Of a DNA stretch of 64,000 nt, positions 37,583 through 47,266 are shown piece after piece (position 1 is the stretch's first letter; each line of letters begins with the position of its first letter). This DNA is from Oculatellaceae cyanobacterium bins.114 (GTDB lineage: Bacteria; Cyanobacteriota; Cyanobacteriia; Elainellales; Elainellaceae). The notes under the pieces are model-generated. The model was not told the origin of the DNA, ran no database searches, and worked only from the letters and a program-made list of their open reading frames with translations. The stretch spans positions 32,001 through 96,000 of the forward strand of contig JANRJA010000077.1 in the NCBI GenBank assembly GCA_033764315.1, given 5' to 3'. The position numbers and the translations under genes are program-made.

Positions 37583-40500
37583 CTATTTCTTTAAAAGTGT
37601 GGCGATCGCCTGAATCAGTTGATCGGGGTCAATTGGTTTTGCCAGATGCAGTTGAAAACCCGCCTGGAGGGCTTGTTGCTGGTTGCTCTCACCTGCATAG
37701 GCTGTCAAAGCGATCGCAGGCACCTGGGCATATTGCGGCAACTGATGACGCACTTGTCGCAGCAATGTGTAACCGTCAACTTCGGGCATGCCGATGTCAC
37801 TGATGATAATGTGAGGCTGAAACTCCTGTAATGCAGCTAACGCTTCAGCGGCTGAGGGGACTGCCCGCACGATCGCCTGATGTTCTTGCAAGATCACGGT
37901 CACTAACTCACGCGCATCCGGTTCATCATCAATGACTAAAATATGAGCGTGTTGAAGCGGCGATGAATAAGCTAGTGGAGGTTCTTGCCCATTCAGTTGA
38001 GCAGTATTGCTATGCCACTGACAGAGGGGAAGCCGCACCATAAATGAGGCTCCTTGACCTTCTCCAGCACTATAGACTTTGGCTGTGCCTCCATGCAACT
38101 CAGTCAAATGTTGAACGATCGCCAACCCCAACCCCAATCCCCCAAACCGTCGAGTTGTGGTGCTATCTTCTTGCCTAAAATAATCAAAAACGTGGGGCAA
38201 AAATTCAGGTCGAATGCCCTTGCCAGTGTCAGCAACCGTGATTTGGACATAGTCAGCCGGATGCAGGAGTAAGGGTGTAGAAACTATGGAAGGTTGACCG
38301 CTATGAGAGCCGCTGTTATTGGATGTGCTGTTATTGGATGTGCTGTGACTGGATGTGCTGTGACTGGATGTGTTGTTACTAGATGTGCTGTTGAATGTGT
38401 TGTTGGATAAAGGATTACTTTGGGTTCCCTGATTGCTTTTTTGCTCCAATTTGACATCAATTCGACCTCCCGCTGGCGTGAATTTGATGGCATTTGAGAG
38501 CAAATTCCACACAACTTGCTGTAACCGTCCTGCATCTCCCATGACTGGCTCAACCTGGGTTGCAAATGCAGTGTGTATTTTGATGCCCTTGGCTTCAGCC
38601 GCCAACCGTACTGTTTCCAAAGCAGCTTTGATCACCGCTTCTAAGTCAACAGTGGTGATATTCAATACCATCTTGCCCTGCAAAATCCGAGAAACATCCA
38701 ACAGATCTTCGACCAGTTGAGTTTGCAGTTTGGCATTGCGCTCAATGATGTCTAGAGCACGATCGCGAGTGGCGGAGTCAAACTGACGAGTTTTTAGGAG
38801 CTTAGTCCAACCCATGATCGGGTTGAGGGGCGATCGCAACTCGTGAGAGAGCACCGCCAAAAATTCATCTTTTATCCGGTTGGCTTCTTCAGCTTTGGCG
38901 CGATCGCGTTGAGCCAGGTTATACAAGCGAGCATTTTCAACCGCAAGAGCAGCCCGTCGTCCCAGTTCTTCGGCTAGGGCCAAATCGACGTGGTCATAGT
39001 GTCGCCCTGACTCGGCACTGGTAAAAGCGATCGCCCCCAACGTGCGGTCTTGGACTTTGATAGGTACAACAATGATCGAGCTAAAACCAACTTCTCGTAG
39101 CAGTCGCAGGTGATCGTCGTCTCGTGCCGCCTCTACTAAGAGCGCATCAGGAATCTCTGGATATATCTCAGACTTCCCGGTACGAATCACCTCTGCCACG
39201 CCACGGGGTTCATTGGGGTCATAGGGATAACGCTGTTGTAACTCTTTAGCCCAGACAACCTTTTTAGGGTTGACATGGGTCACTACGAGTCGCCGAGTCT
39301 GGCTGTCGTCATCTTGAATATGGACGCTGCACCAGTCTGCTAACGCTGGCACGGCCAATTCAGCAATGCTGGTTAGAGTGGTTTGATAGTCAAGGGATGA
39401 GGCGAGCACATTGCTTGACTCGGCCAAAAATCGACGAGCCTCCTGCAATCGAAATCGTTCTGTTTCGTCTAACACGTACATCAACACCGATTCCACTTGG
39501 TCGCCATTGTGCAAAATCGGCAGATAGTAGACTTTGTAATATCCTGGACGGCGATCGCTGCGTCCCGGCATGTGAATCGCTAAATGGGGTGAAACGAAAG
39601 GGGCACCCGTGGTGTAAATGCGTTGAAATAGCTCTACTAAGGTCGGGTCAGATTGTCCAAACAACTCTGCGATGGTGTGTCCTAAGTGATCGGCTTGGCT
39701 CAATCCGTTGATCTCAGCTAATGCCTCGTTGATAGCAATAAAACGTTGCCCACCGTCTAAAAATCCCATCCCCACAGGAGAAGTTTCAAAGATCAACGTC
39801 AGTTGTTGTTGTGCTCTCTCTGCGGCGGCTCTGGCTTGTTGCTCTCGCTCTAAAAGTTGGGCCCGTTCTGCTTCGGCTTTGACCCGGTCGGTGATGTCAA
39901 AACTCCAGCCAATAATGCGGGTTACAGTGCCCTGGCGATCGCGCTCAATGACGGCTCTATCCCACACATGGCGATATTGACCATCGCGATGGCGGACTCG
40001 ATATTCATTGGTGAAATTGCCTTTGCCAGTGATTAATGCATCTTGAGCGATCGCTGTAGTGCGGTGGACATCATCGGGGTGAATCTGCTGATTCCACCAG
40101 TCAACCGTGGGTTCTACTTCTTCGGGGTGATAGCCAATTAGATCACATAAGCCTTGCGATCGCTCGATCTGATGGGTCTCTGCACTCCACTCATACAACA
40201 CTCCCCGTACCGCAGCTGAGGCTAACTCAAACCGTTCCTTAGCTTGCATCAAAGCCGTTTCAGTGCGTTTGCGCTCAGTCAGGTCGATAAAGGCACTCAC
40301 GGCTCCACGAGGTTGACCCATTTCATCAAACAAGGGAGCCGCATAGCCAAATAACTTAAAGACGGCTCCATCCGATCGCACAATATCAATGTTGATGTCG
40401 TGGATCATCTCTCCAGCAGCGATCGCCCGTTGTAGGGGCAACTCGTCTGGCCGCAATTCTTGTCCGTCACAATACAGCTTAAACGTGAGGTTGCCAGAAG

Positions 40501-40936
40501 ATGGGGTTAAACAAGCATCTTGTCGGGGAGGAACTCCCAACAACTTGACAAGTGGGGGGTTGGCTTTTACCTGATGACATTGAGGATCTTCGGCGATCGC
40601 AATGCAAATCGGAATCACATCAAACAAGGTCTGCAACTCTTCGACGCGACGCTGCAAACTTTGATTTAATAACGAGATGGCGGCTTCAGCATCCTGGCAT
40701 TCATCTTGCAGTTGGTAGGATGTAGCTGATGCAGCAGTATGGGAGGTCTGTTGGGAGGGGCGATCGTCTTGTAAGCTGTGGGCAAACCGTTCAATCAACT
40801 CTGATTGAGAGATGCCCTGCCGATGCGCAGTTTCAGCTAATATCTGGCAAGCGGTGTTTGTCAACGAGAAATTGACCTGCTGTTTGAGGTCTGAATCTCC
40901 ATCGCTAATGGCTTGATCGGCTGAGCTACGTTGCAT
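37583..40936 (-). CDS. Hybrid sensor histidine kinase (RHH-like, PAS x3, GAF, HisKA, HATPase, REC)
   Basis: SHELRSPL, NLLSNAIKFT, DTGKG, GLGLGL, IDDEPD, SDIGMP. Confidence 0.93.
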   Translation of the reverse strand: MQRSSADQAISDGDSDLKQQVNFSLTNTACQILAETAHRQGISQSELIERFAHSLQDDRPSQQTSHTAASATSYQLQDECQDAEAAISLLNQSLQRRVEELQTLFDVIPICIAIAEDPQCHQVKANPPLVKLLGVPPRQDACLTPSSGNLTFKLYCDGQELRPDELPLQRAIAAGEMIHDINIDIVRSDGAVFKLFGYAAPLFDEMGQPRGAVSAFIDLTERKRTETALMQAKERFELASAAVRGVLYEWSAETHQIERSQGLCDLIGYHPEEVEPTVDWWNQQIHPDDVHRTTAIAQDALITGKGNFTNEYRVRHRDGQYRHVWDRAVIERDRQGTVTRIIGWSFDITDRVKAEAERAQLLEREQQARAAAERAQQQLTLIFETSPVGMGFLDGGQRFIAINEALAEINGLSQADHLGHTIAELFGQSDPTLVELFQRIYTTGAPFVSPHLAIHMPGRSDRRPGYYKVYYLPILHNGDQVESVLMYVLDETERFRLQEARRFLAESSNVLASSLDYQTTLTSIAELAVPALADWCSVHIQDDDSQTRRLVVTHVNPKKVVWAKELQQRYPYDPNEPRGVAEVIRTGKSEIYPEIPDALLVEAARDDDHLRLLREVGFSSIIVVPIKVQDRTLGAIAFTSAESGRHYDHVDLALAEELGRRAALAVENARLYNLAQRDRAKAEEANRIKDEFLAVLSHELRSPLNPIMGWTKLLKTRQFDSATRDRALDIIERNAKLQTQLVEDLLDVSRILQGKMVLNITTVDLEAVIKAALETVRLAAEAKGIKIHTAFATQVEPVMGDAGRLQQVVWNLLSNAIKFTPAGGRIDVKLEQKSNQGTQSNPLSNNTFNSTSSNNTSSHSTSSHSTSNNSTSNNSGSHSGQPSIVSTPLLLHPADYVQITVADTGKGIRPEFLPHVFDYFRQEDSTTTRRFGGLGLGLAIVQHLTELHGGTAKVYSAGEGQGASFMVRLPLCQWHSNTAQLNGQEPPLAYSSPLQHAHILVIDDEPDARELVTVILQEHQAIVRAVPSAAEALAALQEFQPHIIISDIGMPEVDGYTLLRQVRHQLPQYAQVPAIALTAYAGESNQQQALQAGFQLHLAKPIDPDQLIQAIATLLKK
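38312..38401. repeat. 15-bp tandem repeat in frame within the HATPase domain
   Basis: gctgttattggatgt / gctgtgactggatgt, about 5-6 units; encodes SNNTS/SHSTS. Confidence 0.85.
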
Positions 40937-41050
40937 GGAGCATTTCCGTATACACGACCACGGTTGCTCACATGGTAAGCTGACCCGATTTATTAAGAAA
41001 ATCTGTCTTAAGGGATAGTTCTATATATTCCTTAAAAACTTGTTGCACTA

Positions 41051-41743
41051 TTGAGCAAAAACTTGCAAATGATGGTGGCTGAGCCAATCACTACATTGAC
41101 GGACTATGCGATCGCACTTGAGGCATTCGTTCTAGCAGGGTGGCTGTGGCATCGAAAACAGCACGCCTCGGTGCAGCGTTCTGTGCGATGTTGGGCGGGT
41201 GCATTTGCGGCAACGGCGATCGCGGCTCTGTTGGGGGGCACCTGTCATGGATTTGTCGAGTCATTGGGTGTCAAAACGCTTCAGATCTTATGGCAAGCTG
41301 TCGCTGTGTCAATTGCGATCGCCAGTTTCTTGATAGTCCTGGGAACGGTCATCAGCACAATCTCCCGTCGCTGGCAGTGGATATGGTTGGTCGCGATTAG
41401 TATCAAGGCGATCGCCCATGTTGCGCTGTCATTTACCCAACCCGACTTTCAGTGGGTGATTGTTGATTATGGGTCAGCCCTGTTGCTTGTGGGTGTGCTG
41501 CAAGGAGTTATGGGGTGGCGTGGGCGATCGGGGCACCGCTTTGCGCCCTATTCCAAGAAGGACTTCACAGCTCTCAGCATCCGATGGATCAGAGCAGGAA
41601 TCATCGGATCATGGGTGGCTATTGGCATATTAGGGATGCAGTGGCAGATTGGTTGGCTACAAGCAAATGATTTATATCACTTAGGGCAAATGATCGCATT
41701 AATTTTCTTTTATCGCGGTGCTTTGTTGCTCAAAGATCAATAA
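41051..41743 (+). CDS. Integral membrane protein (DUF6962-like)
   Basis: Multiple TM helices; EP.T.LTDY, GGTCHG, NDLYH. Confidence 0.75.
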   Translation: MSKNLQMMVAEPITTLTDYAIALEAFVLAGWLWHRKQHASVQRSVRCWAGAFAATAIAALLGGTCHGFVESLGVKTLQILWQAVAVSIAIASFLIVLGTVISTISRRWQWIWLVAISIKAIAHVALSFTQPDFQWVIVDYGSALLLVGVLQGVMGWRGRSGHRFAPYSKKDFTALSIRWIRAGIIGSWVAIGILGMQWQIGWLQANDLYHLGQMIALIFFYRGALLLKDQ

Positions 41744-41747
41744 AACC

Positions 41748-42332
41748 TCACACCAAATGAGGATGCAAATTTTGAGGACTGTGCCCCCCTGAAGGATGGC
41801 CTGTCATCTGAGTGACATCAACCCCTTCATGTTTTAATAACCAGCGTTTGCGCTCTAAACCACCTGCATAACCCGTCAGAGCCGCGTTTGCCCCAATCAC
41901 TCGATGACAGGGAATCACGATCGCCACAGGATTGAGCGAATTTGCCATGCCAACGGCGCGATAGGCAGTGGCTTTGCCCAATTTGGCCGCTAACTCTCCA
42001 TAGGAGACCGTGACTCCTGGAGGAATGTCGCGCAATGCTGACCACACCTGACGCTGAAAGGCTGTCCCTCCTGGGTTAACCGCGATCGGGTCGAGTGCAG
42101 CGTAGTGACCTTGCAAATAAGCGCGTAACTGACTGCTCACTCCAGCAGGGTCAAGCGCAGGGGTTAAACGAAAGGAGCCATAGCGGGTGGTGAGCAACGT
42201 TCGCATGCGGTCTGCATAATCCGCATAATCAAGCGCACAGAGCGATTCTCCATCAGAGATGATGAAGATAGAGCCAATTTCAGAGTCGATCGTGTCAACT
42301 AAAAGTTCCATATGAACTGGAGCAAGGTTCAT
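41748..42332 (-). CDS. ogt: Methylated-DNA--protein-cysteine methyltransferase
   Basis: GTAFQRQVW, RAVG.ANSLNP, IPCHRVIG, YAGG; the track's extra N-terminus lies in a MITE. Confidence 0.93.
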   Translation of the reverse strand: MNLAPVHMELLVDTIDSEIGSIFIISDGESLCALDYADYADRMRTLLTTRYGSFRLTPALDPAGVSSQLRAYLQGHYAALDPIAVNPGGTAFQRQVWSALRDIPPGVTVSYGELAAKLGKATAYRAVGMANSLNPVAIVIPCHRVIGANAALTGYAGGLERKRWLLKHEGVDVTQMTGHPSGGHSPQNLHPHLV

Positions 42333-42394
42333 GGGAAGTGTACCACTTGGCTCAGAGGGTTCCTCAGGAATCTTTATTTCTGACCCTTTTTCTA

Positions 42395-42509
42395 ATACCA
42401 ATTTAAACAGTGAACCTTGAGTGAACCTTGCACTTGACCCCACCGCCTGCGGCACCTCCGGGAGGTTGGGAGGGGTTGCATTTGCACTGTTTTCAAATCA
42501 AATTGGTAT
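42395..42509. mobile_element. MITE family D
   Basis: Inverted ends ataccaattt...aaattggtat; GC-rich core; a related end (attggtata) at about 32956-32964. Confidence 0.6.
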
Positions 42510-42684
42510 CGCTTAGCCCAGATTCACTGTTATTAGACCGACCTACTTACCGTATTCCGTTTTCCCAAAAAAAAGCAGTTCCAGAGAACTGCTGAAGGTT
42601 GACGTTAGGAGAGTGAAATCTATGATGTCAAACCTAGTGATAGTTAGCAGACAAACACCATCCCAAAGCACGGTGATGAATGGT

Positions 42685-43245
42685 CTAGCGAACAGTAGCA
42701 GGCTCTCTGCGATTAGTTGTGCCATCTGCTTCGAGCGATTGCCCTTCAATGAAGGAACGCAGCATCCATGCCATCTCTTCGTGCGCTTCCATCAAACCTG
42801 TCAAGAAGTCAGCCGTTCCTTCATCGTGGAACTCTTCAGAACAGCGATCGATGTGCTCACGCATGTTGCGAATGATTTGTTCGTGATCATCAACTAGACT
42901 AGCTACCATGCCAGTTGCAGTCGGAATATCTTGAGCGGCTTCTTTGATCGAAGCGACTTTTAGAAAACCTTCTGCCGTTCCAATTGGATAAAACCCCAAA
43001 GTCCGAATGCGCTCAGCCACTGCATCAATGCTTTCAGTTAGAGCTTCATACTGCTCTTCCCACAATTGATGCAATGTGCGGAATTGAGGCCCAATGACAT
43101 CCCAGTGATATTTTTTAGTTTTGATCAAAAGTAGATAGGCGTCTGCTAAATCGCGATTGAGCAGCTCTGATACGCCTTGACGTTGTTCTTCAGTCAGACC
43201 AATGTTAACTTTACGCATGTTGAATGGCTTTTTGATCAACTCCAT
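42685..43245 (-). CDS. dps: Dps family DNA protection / ferritin-like protein
   Basis: KKYHWDV.GPQF..LH, D.VAERI, HEEMAWML. Confidence 0.95.
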   Translation of the reverse strand: MELIKKPFNMRKVNIGLTEEQRQGVSELLNRDLADAYLLLIKTKKYHWDVIGPQFRTLHQLWEEQYEALTESIDAVAERIRTLGFYPIGTAEGFLKVASIKEAAQDIPTATGMVASLVDDHEQIIRNMREHIDRCSEEFHDEGTADFLTGLMEAHEEMAWMLRSFIEGQSLEADGTTNRREPATVR

Positions 43246-43412
43246 CTATAAGCTCACCAGATTCACGGATAAAATTCATCGGTCAAATGGAAGACGTAGA
43301 GGTTGGGTTGGTCTAATGATTTAGGCGTAGAGCCATTGAGGAATAGAGCGATCGCCCCTTTAGCTAGCGAACGATTGACCAATCACTAATTCCGCTTGCA
43401 CACAACCCACCA

Positions 43413-44348
43413 CTAAAGCTGACTAACCGCTGTAGCAACTTGCTCAGAGATAAATGGCAAAATGGATTCGCTTTGGCTGTGCTCCTTGCCTTCGGTAAAC
43501 ACCACGAGCAGATAAGGGCGTTGGTCGGGTAGCTCAATATAAGCCGCATCATGACGCACTCGACTCATTAGCCCAGCTTTTGACCAAACACGAGCAGCGA
43601 GGGGAAGTCCGGCTCCTAAGAAGCCAGTGATCTGATTTTCAGGATCAGCGGCCAAGTCAACCGGGTCGAGACTGCGTTTTAGGAGTGTCATCATGGCTTG
43701 CGATCGCTCTGGTGAGACCGCAACCCCTCCCACAATGCTGTGTAATAACCGGGCTGTGGCATTGGTGGTGAGGCTGTTGCGATTCTCCATCAACTCTCCT
43801 AAAAAAGCCCTTTCTCGCCCATAAGCACCATCACACCAGGTTTTTTGGTTGACGTTGATGCTCTCTAACTCAGACCAGGCAAGCGATTGATAATAGCGAT
43901 TAATCAAGTTGCGTTGATGTTTCCAGGTTTCAAACGGGGCAGCAGGCAACTCAGGACCGCTCGTTGTGCCCGTCAACACATCCATAACCAAACTGGTGGC
44001 ATCGTTGCTAGAGTCTACAATCATGTCACGACTGGCACGGTCGAGTTCGACAGTGGGCTGAATCATGCCCTGCTGGAGCCATTCATGCATTGCAACCAGA
44101 TAAAACAACTTGACCACACTAGCGGGATAGATCGACTCGACCCCCCGATAGGCAAACCCTCTCACGGGATATCGCCAAAACTCTTCTGCACTCAAGGCAC
44201 CACCCGTATTCACCACCACCGGGGGATCGTAAACCAGCCAGGTGAATGCAAGTTGGTTTTGAGCCAGCTTTGGAAATGCTGCCCACGTTGACTCTAAAAT
44301 GCGATCGCCCCATGTTTCGAGTTGTTCATCTCGATGAAAAAATGGCAT
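43413..44348 (-). CDS. Serine hydrolase, beta-lactamase class A-like
   Basis: ASVVK (SxxK), SSNDA, SKAG, RHDAAY. Confidence 0.88.
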   Translation of the reverse strand: MPFFHRDEQLETWGDRILESTWAAFPKLAQNQLAFTWLVYDPPVVVNTGGALSAEEFWRYPVRGFAYRGVESIYPASVVKLFYLVAMHEWLQQGMIQPTVELDRASRDMIVDSSNDATSLVMDVLTGTTSGPELPAAPFETWKHQRNLINRYYQSLAWSELESINVNQKTWCDGAYGRERAFLGELMENRNSLTTNATARLLHSIVGGVAVSPERSQAMMTLLKRSLDPVDLAADPENQITGFLGAGLPLAARVWSKAGLMSRVRHDAAYIELPDQRPYLLVVFTEGKEHSQSESILPFISEQVATAVSQL

Positions 44349-44397
44349 GCTTGACTAGCCTTTGAACAACAACCAATGTCAATAGTAGTCAATATTT

Positions 44398-45138
44398 ATG
44401 GTGTCGCTTGCCGAATTGCATACCACTTGGTTAGAGAATCAGAGTATTGAATATGAATGTCAAATCAATTTAAACCTATATGATGCGCCTACCTTAAAGG
44501 GTTTAGCGACACAAGCCGTAGCTGGGCGTCAGTTGCGAGTGGTGGCGTTGCCGCCTACTCCCACGGCAACGGCTGCGATGGAGGCGATTCAGGTGTGCCT
44601 ATGTGAAGACCACTATTCGGGTTGGATGGCGTTAGAAGATCTGGATATGTTGATGCTGGCAGAGTCACCCTATCAAGCGATCGCCCTCACCGAGACCGAG
44701 ATTCGCGATCGCCTGCCTCAGGTGTTAACCTACGCTCAAGCAGCCATGAAGCAGCCCAATTATTATCTTTGGGGTGGCACAGTTGGCCCCAATTATGACT
44801 GTTCAGGATTGGTGCAAACGGCGTTTGCCTCTGTTGGCATTTGGCTACCCAGAGACTCTTATCAACAAGAAGCATTCGTGCAGTCCATCGCCTTGGATAC
44901 TCTGCAACCAGGTGATCTGCTCTTTTTTGGCAAACCCGAACGCTGTAATCATGTGGCGTTATATTTGGGCAATGAATTGTACATTCACAGCTCTGGAAAA
45001 GATCAGGGACGCAATGGCATTGGCATCGATCGCCTCTCAAACGAGGGGGATGCCGTGAGTCAAACTTATTTTCAGCAATTTCGGGGGGCAGGACGGGTGA
45101 TCGCCAGTTTTATTCCCAACTCAAAGGAATCTCAGTAA
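44398..45138 (+). CDS. NlpC/P60 (C40) cell-wall peptidase with an N-terminal SH3-like domain
   Basis: YLWGG, YDCSGL, LPRDSYQQ, PGDLLFF, HVALY, IHSS. Confidence 0.92.
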   Translation: MVSLAELHTTWLENQSIEYECQINLNLYDAPTLKGLATQAVAGRQLRVVALPPTPTATAAMEAIQVCLCEDHYSGWMALEDLDMLMLAESPYQAIALTETEIRDRLPQVLTYAQAAMKQPNYYLWGGTVGPNYDCSGLVQTAFASVGIWLPRDSYQQEAFVQSIALDTLQPGDLLFFGKPERCNHVALYLGNELYIHSSGKDQGRNGIGIDRLSNEGDAVSQTYFQQFRGAGRVIASFIPNSKESQ

Positions 45139-45140
45139 GG

Positions 45141-46046
45141 ATGAAAGCCAAATCAATTCTGCGGTGGGTGATTGTTGGGGGCACGCTGTTTTTCTTGACG
45201 ACAGTGTTACGAAATCAGTGGTCCGAGGTGCAATCTATCCGAATTGATGCGGTGGGAGGGTGGTGGCTGGCGATCGCCCTAGTCATAACCTTATCGGCCC
45301 ATGTCTGGTCAGGTTGGGTTTGGAGCTTGATCTTGCAGGAGTTGGGGCAACCTGCCACTGGCTTTTGGGGCATCGTAGTCTATTTGCGAACGAATATTGC
45401 GAAATACCTGCCGGGGAATGTTTGGCATTTTTATGGACGGGTCAAAGCGTGTGAGTCGGCTGGATTTTTAACAAGTGCAGCCGTGTTGAGCGTCATTCTA
45501 GAGTCGCTGTTGATGGCAGCAGTTGCCCTCACCTTTGCGATCGCTGGTCGGCTGCAAAACTGGACTTTTCATGGGGTGATTTTAGCGGGGCTGCTGATGG
45601 CCTTTCACCCCAGGCTATTGAACCCCCTCCTGCAACTAGCACGACGGTTGAAGACGAAAGACACTGAGATTGAGTCAGAAAACCGTTTACAAATCAAACG
45701 CTATCCCGTAATTCCCCTGATAGGAGAATTTGGCTTTGTCAGCCTGCGAGCAACTGGGTTTCTATTTGTGCTTCAGGCGTTGCAACCCGTTCCCATCGAG
45801 CAAGTGCCTGCTCTACTCAGTGCCTTTAGCTTTGCCTGGTTGCTGGGTCTAGTCGTTCCAGGGGCACCGGGGGGGCTAGGGGTCTTTGAGGCAACGGCGA
45901 TCGCCCTGATTGGGCAACCTTTTTCAGATGGAGTTGTGCTGAGCGGTGTCGCTCTCTATCGTTTAATCAGCACCTCGGCTGAGGCACTTGGGGCAGGTTT
46001 TGCGTCTTTAAATCAACATCCGGCAACAGATACCCCTAAAATCTAG
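45141..46046 (+). CDS. UPF0104 / lysylphosphatidylglycerol synthase TM-like (flippase-like) protein
   Basis: AKYLPG, PGAPGGLGVFE, LYR. Confidence 0.85.
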   Translation: MKAKSILRWVIVGGTLFFLTTVLRNQWSEVQSIRIDAVGGWWLAIALVITLSAHVWSGWVWSLILQELGQPATGFWGIVVYLRTNIAKYLPGNVWHFYGRVKACESAGFLTSAAVLSVILESLLMAAVALTFAIAGRLQNWTFHGVILAGLLMAFHPRLLNPLLQLARRLKTKDTEIESENRLQIKRYPVIPLIGEFGFVSLRATGFLFVLQALQPVPIEQVPALLSAFSFAWLLGLVVPGAPGGLGVFEATAIALIGQPFSDGVVLSGVALYRLISTSAEALGAGFASLNQHPATDTPKI

Positions 46047-46090
46047 AGGTTAAACCTAATCTGCATAAGGTTAAGTTGCTGACCCGTTAG

Positions 46091-47149
46091 GTGCTGCCAT
46101 CGTGTATGAGTCAATCTTTGCTGCCTGAAGACTACCCTTCTAATCTTTTAACCACTCTAGCTGACCCAGAGATATCAGTTGTGGTGCCCATTTATAACGA
46201 GGTTGAGAGCCTGCCTCGACTGCTAGGGGCAATTACTACAACGCTGCAACAAAACCACCTCAACTATGAAATTGTCTGTGTTGATGATGGCTCACACGAT
46301 GGCTCGGCTGATTGGCTCCGCCAGGAAGCTCTCAATCGGTCAGATTTGCGAACCGTTTTGCTGCGACGAAATTATGGTCAAACCGCTGCTATGGCAGCAG
46401 GGTTTAAGCATGCTGTGGGTCGAGTCATTGTTACCCTAGACGGAGATTTGCAAAATGACCCTGCCGATATTCCCAGACTGTTAGCCAAGCTAGATGAAGG
46501 CTATGACCTTGTTAGTGGCTGGCGCAAACAACGGCAAGACGCAGCACTGACTCGATTGTTACCTTCCAAGATTGCCAACTGGTTGATCAGCCGGGTCACT
46601 GGAGTTCAGATTCATGACTACGGTTGCTCCCTCAAGGCATATCGAGCAGAGGTTGTCACTGATTTAAATCTATATGGAGAATTACATCGATTTTTGCCAG
46701 TGCTGGCATTTATCGAAGGGGCACGCATTGTAGAAATGCCTGTGTTACATCACAGCCGCCAATTTGGTCAGAGCAAGTATGGGTTGGGGCGAACCTTTCG
46801 AGTGTTGATGGATCTCCTCACCATTTTCTTTATCAAGAAATTTCTGACCCGTCCCATGCATGTCTTTGGCTTGTTTGGGTTGCTGGCGATCGCGGCTGGT
46901 GTTGGTCTAGGGCTTTATCTCACGTTTGTCAAGATCGTGATGGGTCAAGCAATAGGCGATCGCCCCCTGCTGATTCTGACGGTGCTGCTGCTCACGACAG
47001 GCGTTCAACTCTTTAGTTTTGGGTTGTTAGCAGAACTCTCAATGCGAACCTATCACGAATCTCAGGGCCGCCCCATTTATCGAGTCCGTGAAGTCATCGG
47101 GGCAGGTCATATTCAACCCTCCCGAAATAGCGACAAAACAAAGCTGTAA
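46091..47149 (+). CDS. GT2 polyprenol-phosphate glycosyltransferase (ArnC/GtrB-like)
   Basis: VVPIYNE, VDDGS.D, RNYGQTAA, DGDLQNDP, two C-terminal TM helices. Confidence 0.92.
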   Translation: MLPSCMSQSLLPEDYPSNLLTTLADPEISVVVPIYNEVESLPRLLGAITTTLQQNHLNYEIVCVDDGSHDGSADWLRQEALNRSDLRTVLLRRNYGQTAAMAAGFKHAVGRVIVTLDGDLQNDPADIPRLLAKLDEGYDLVSGWRKQRQDAALTRLLPSKIANWLISRVTGVQIHDYGCSLKAYRAEVVTDLNLYGELHRFLPVLAFIEGARIVEMPVLHHSRQFGQSKYGLGRTFRVLMDLLTIFFIKKFLTRPMHVFGLFGLLAIAAGVGLGLYLTFVKIVMGQAIGDRPLLILTVLLLTTGVQLFSFGLLAELSMRTYHESQGRPIYRVREVIGAGHIQPSRNSDKTKL

Positions 47150-47266
47150 ACACGATAACTGTCGCGTTCTGGTAGAGAGCAAGACAACAGCAGAAAAATT
47201 GCATGGTATTATTCCCTCTAGCGATTTCTGCTGATTTAATCCTTCAAGCTTTCCCATCAAAAAAGC

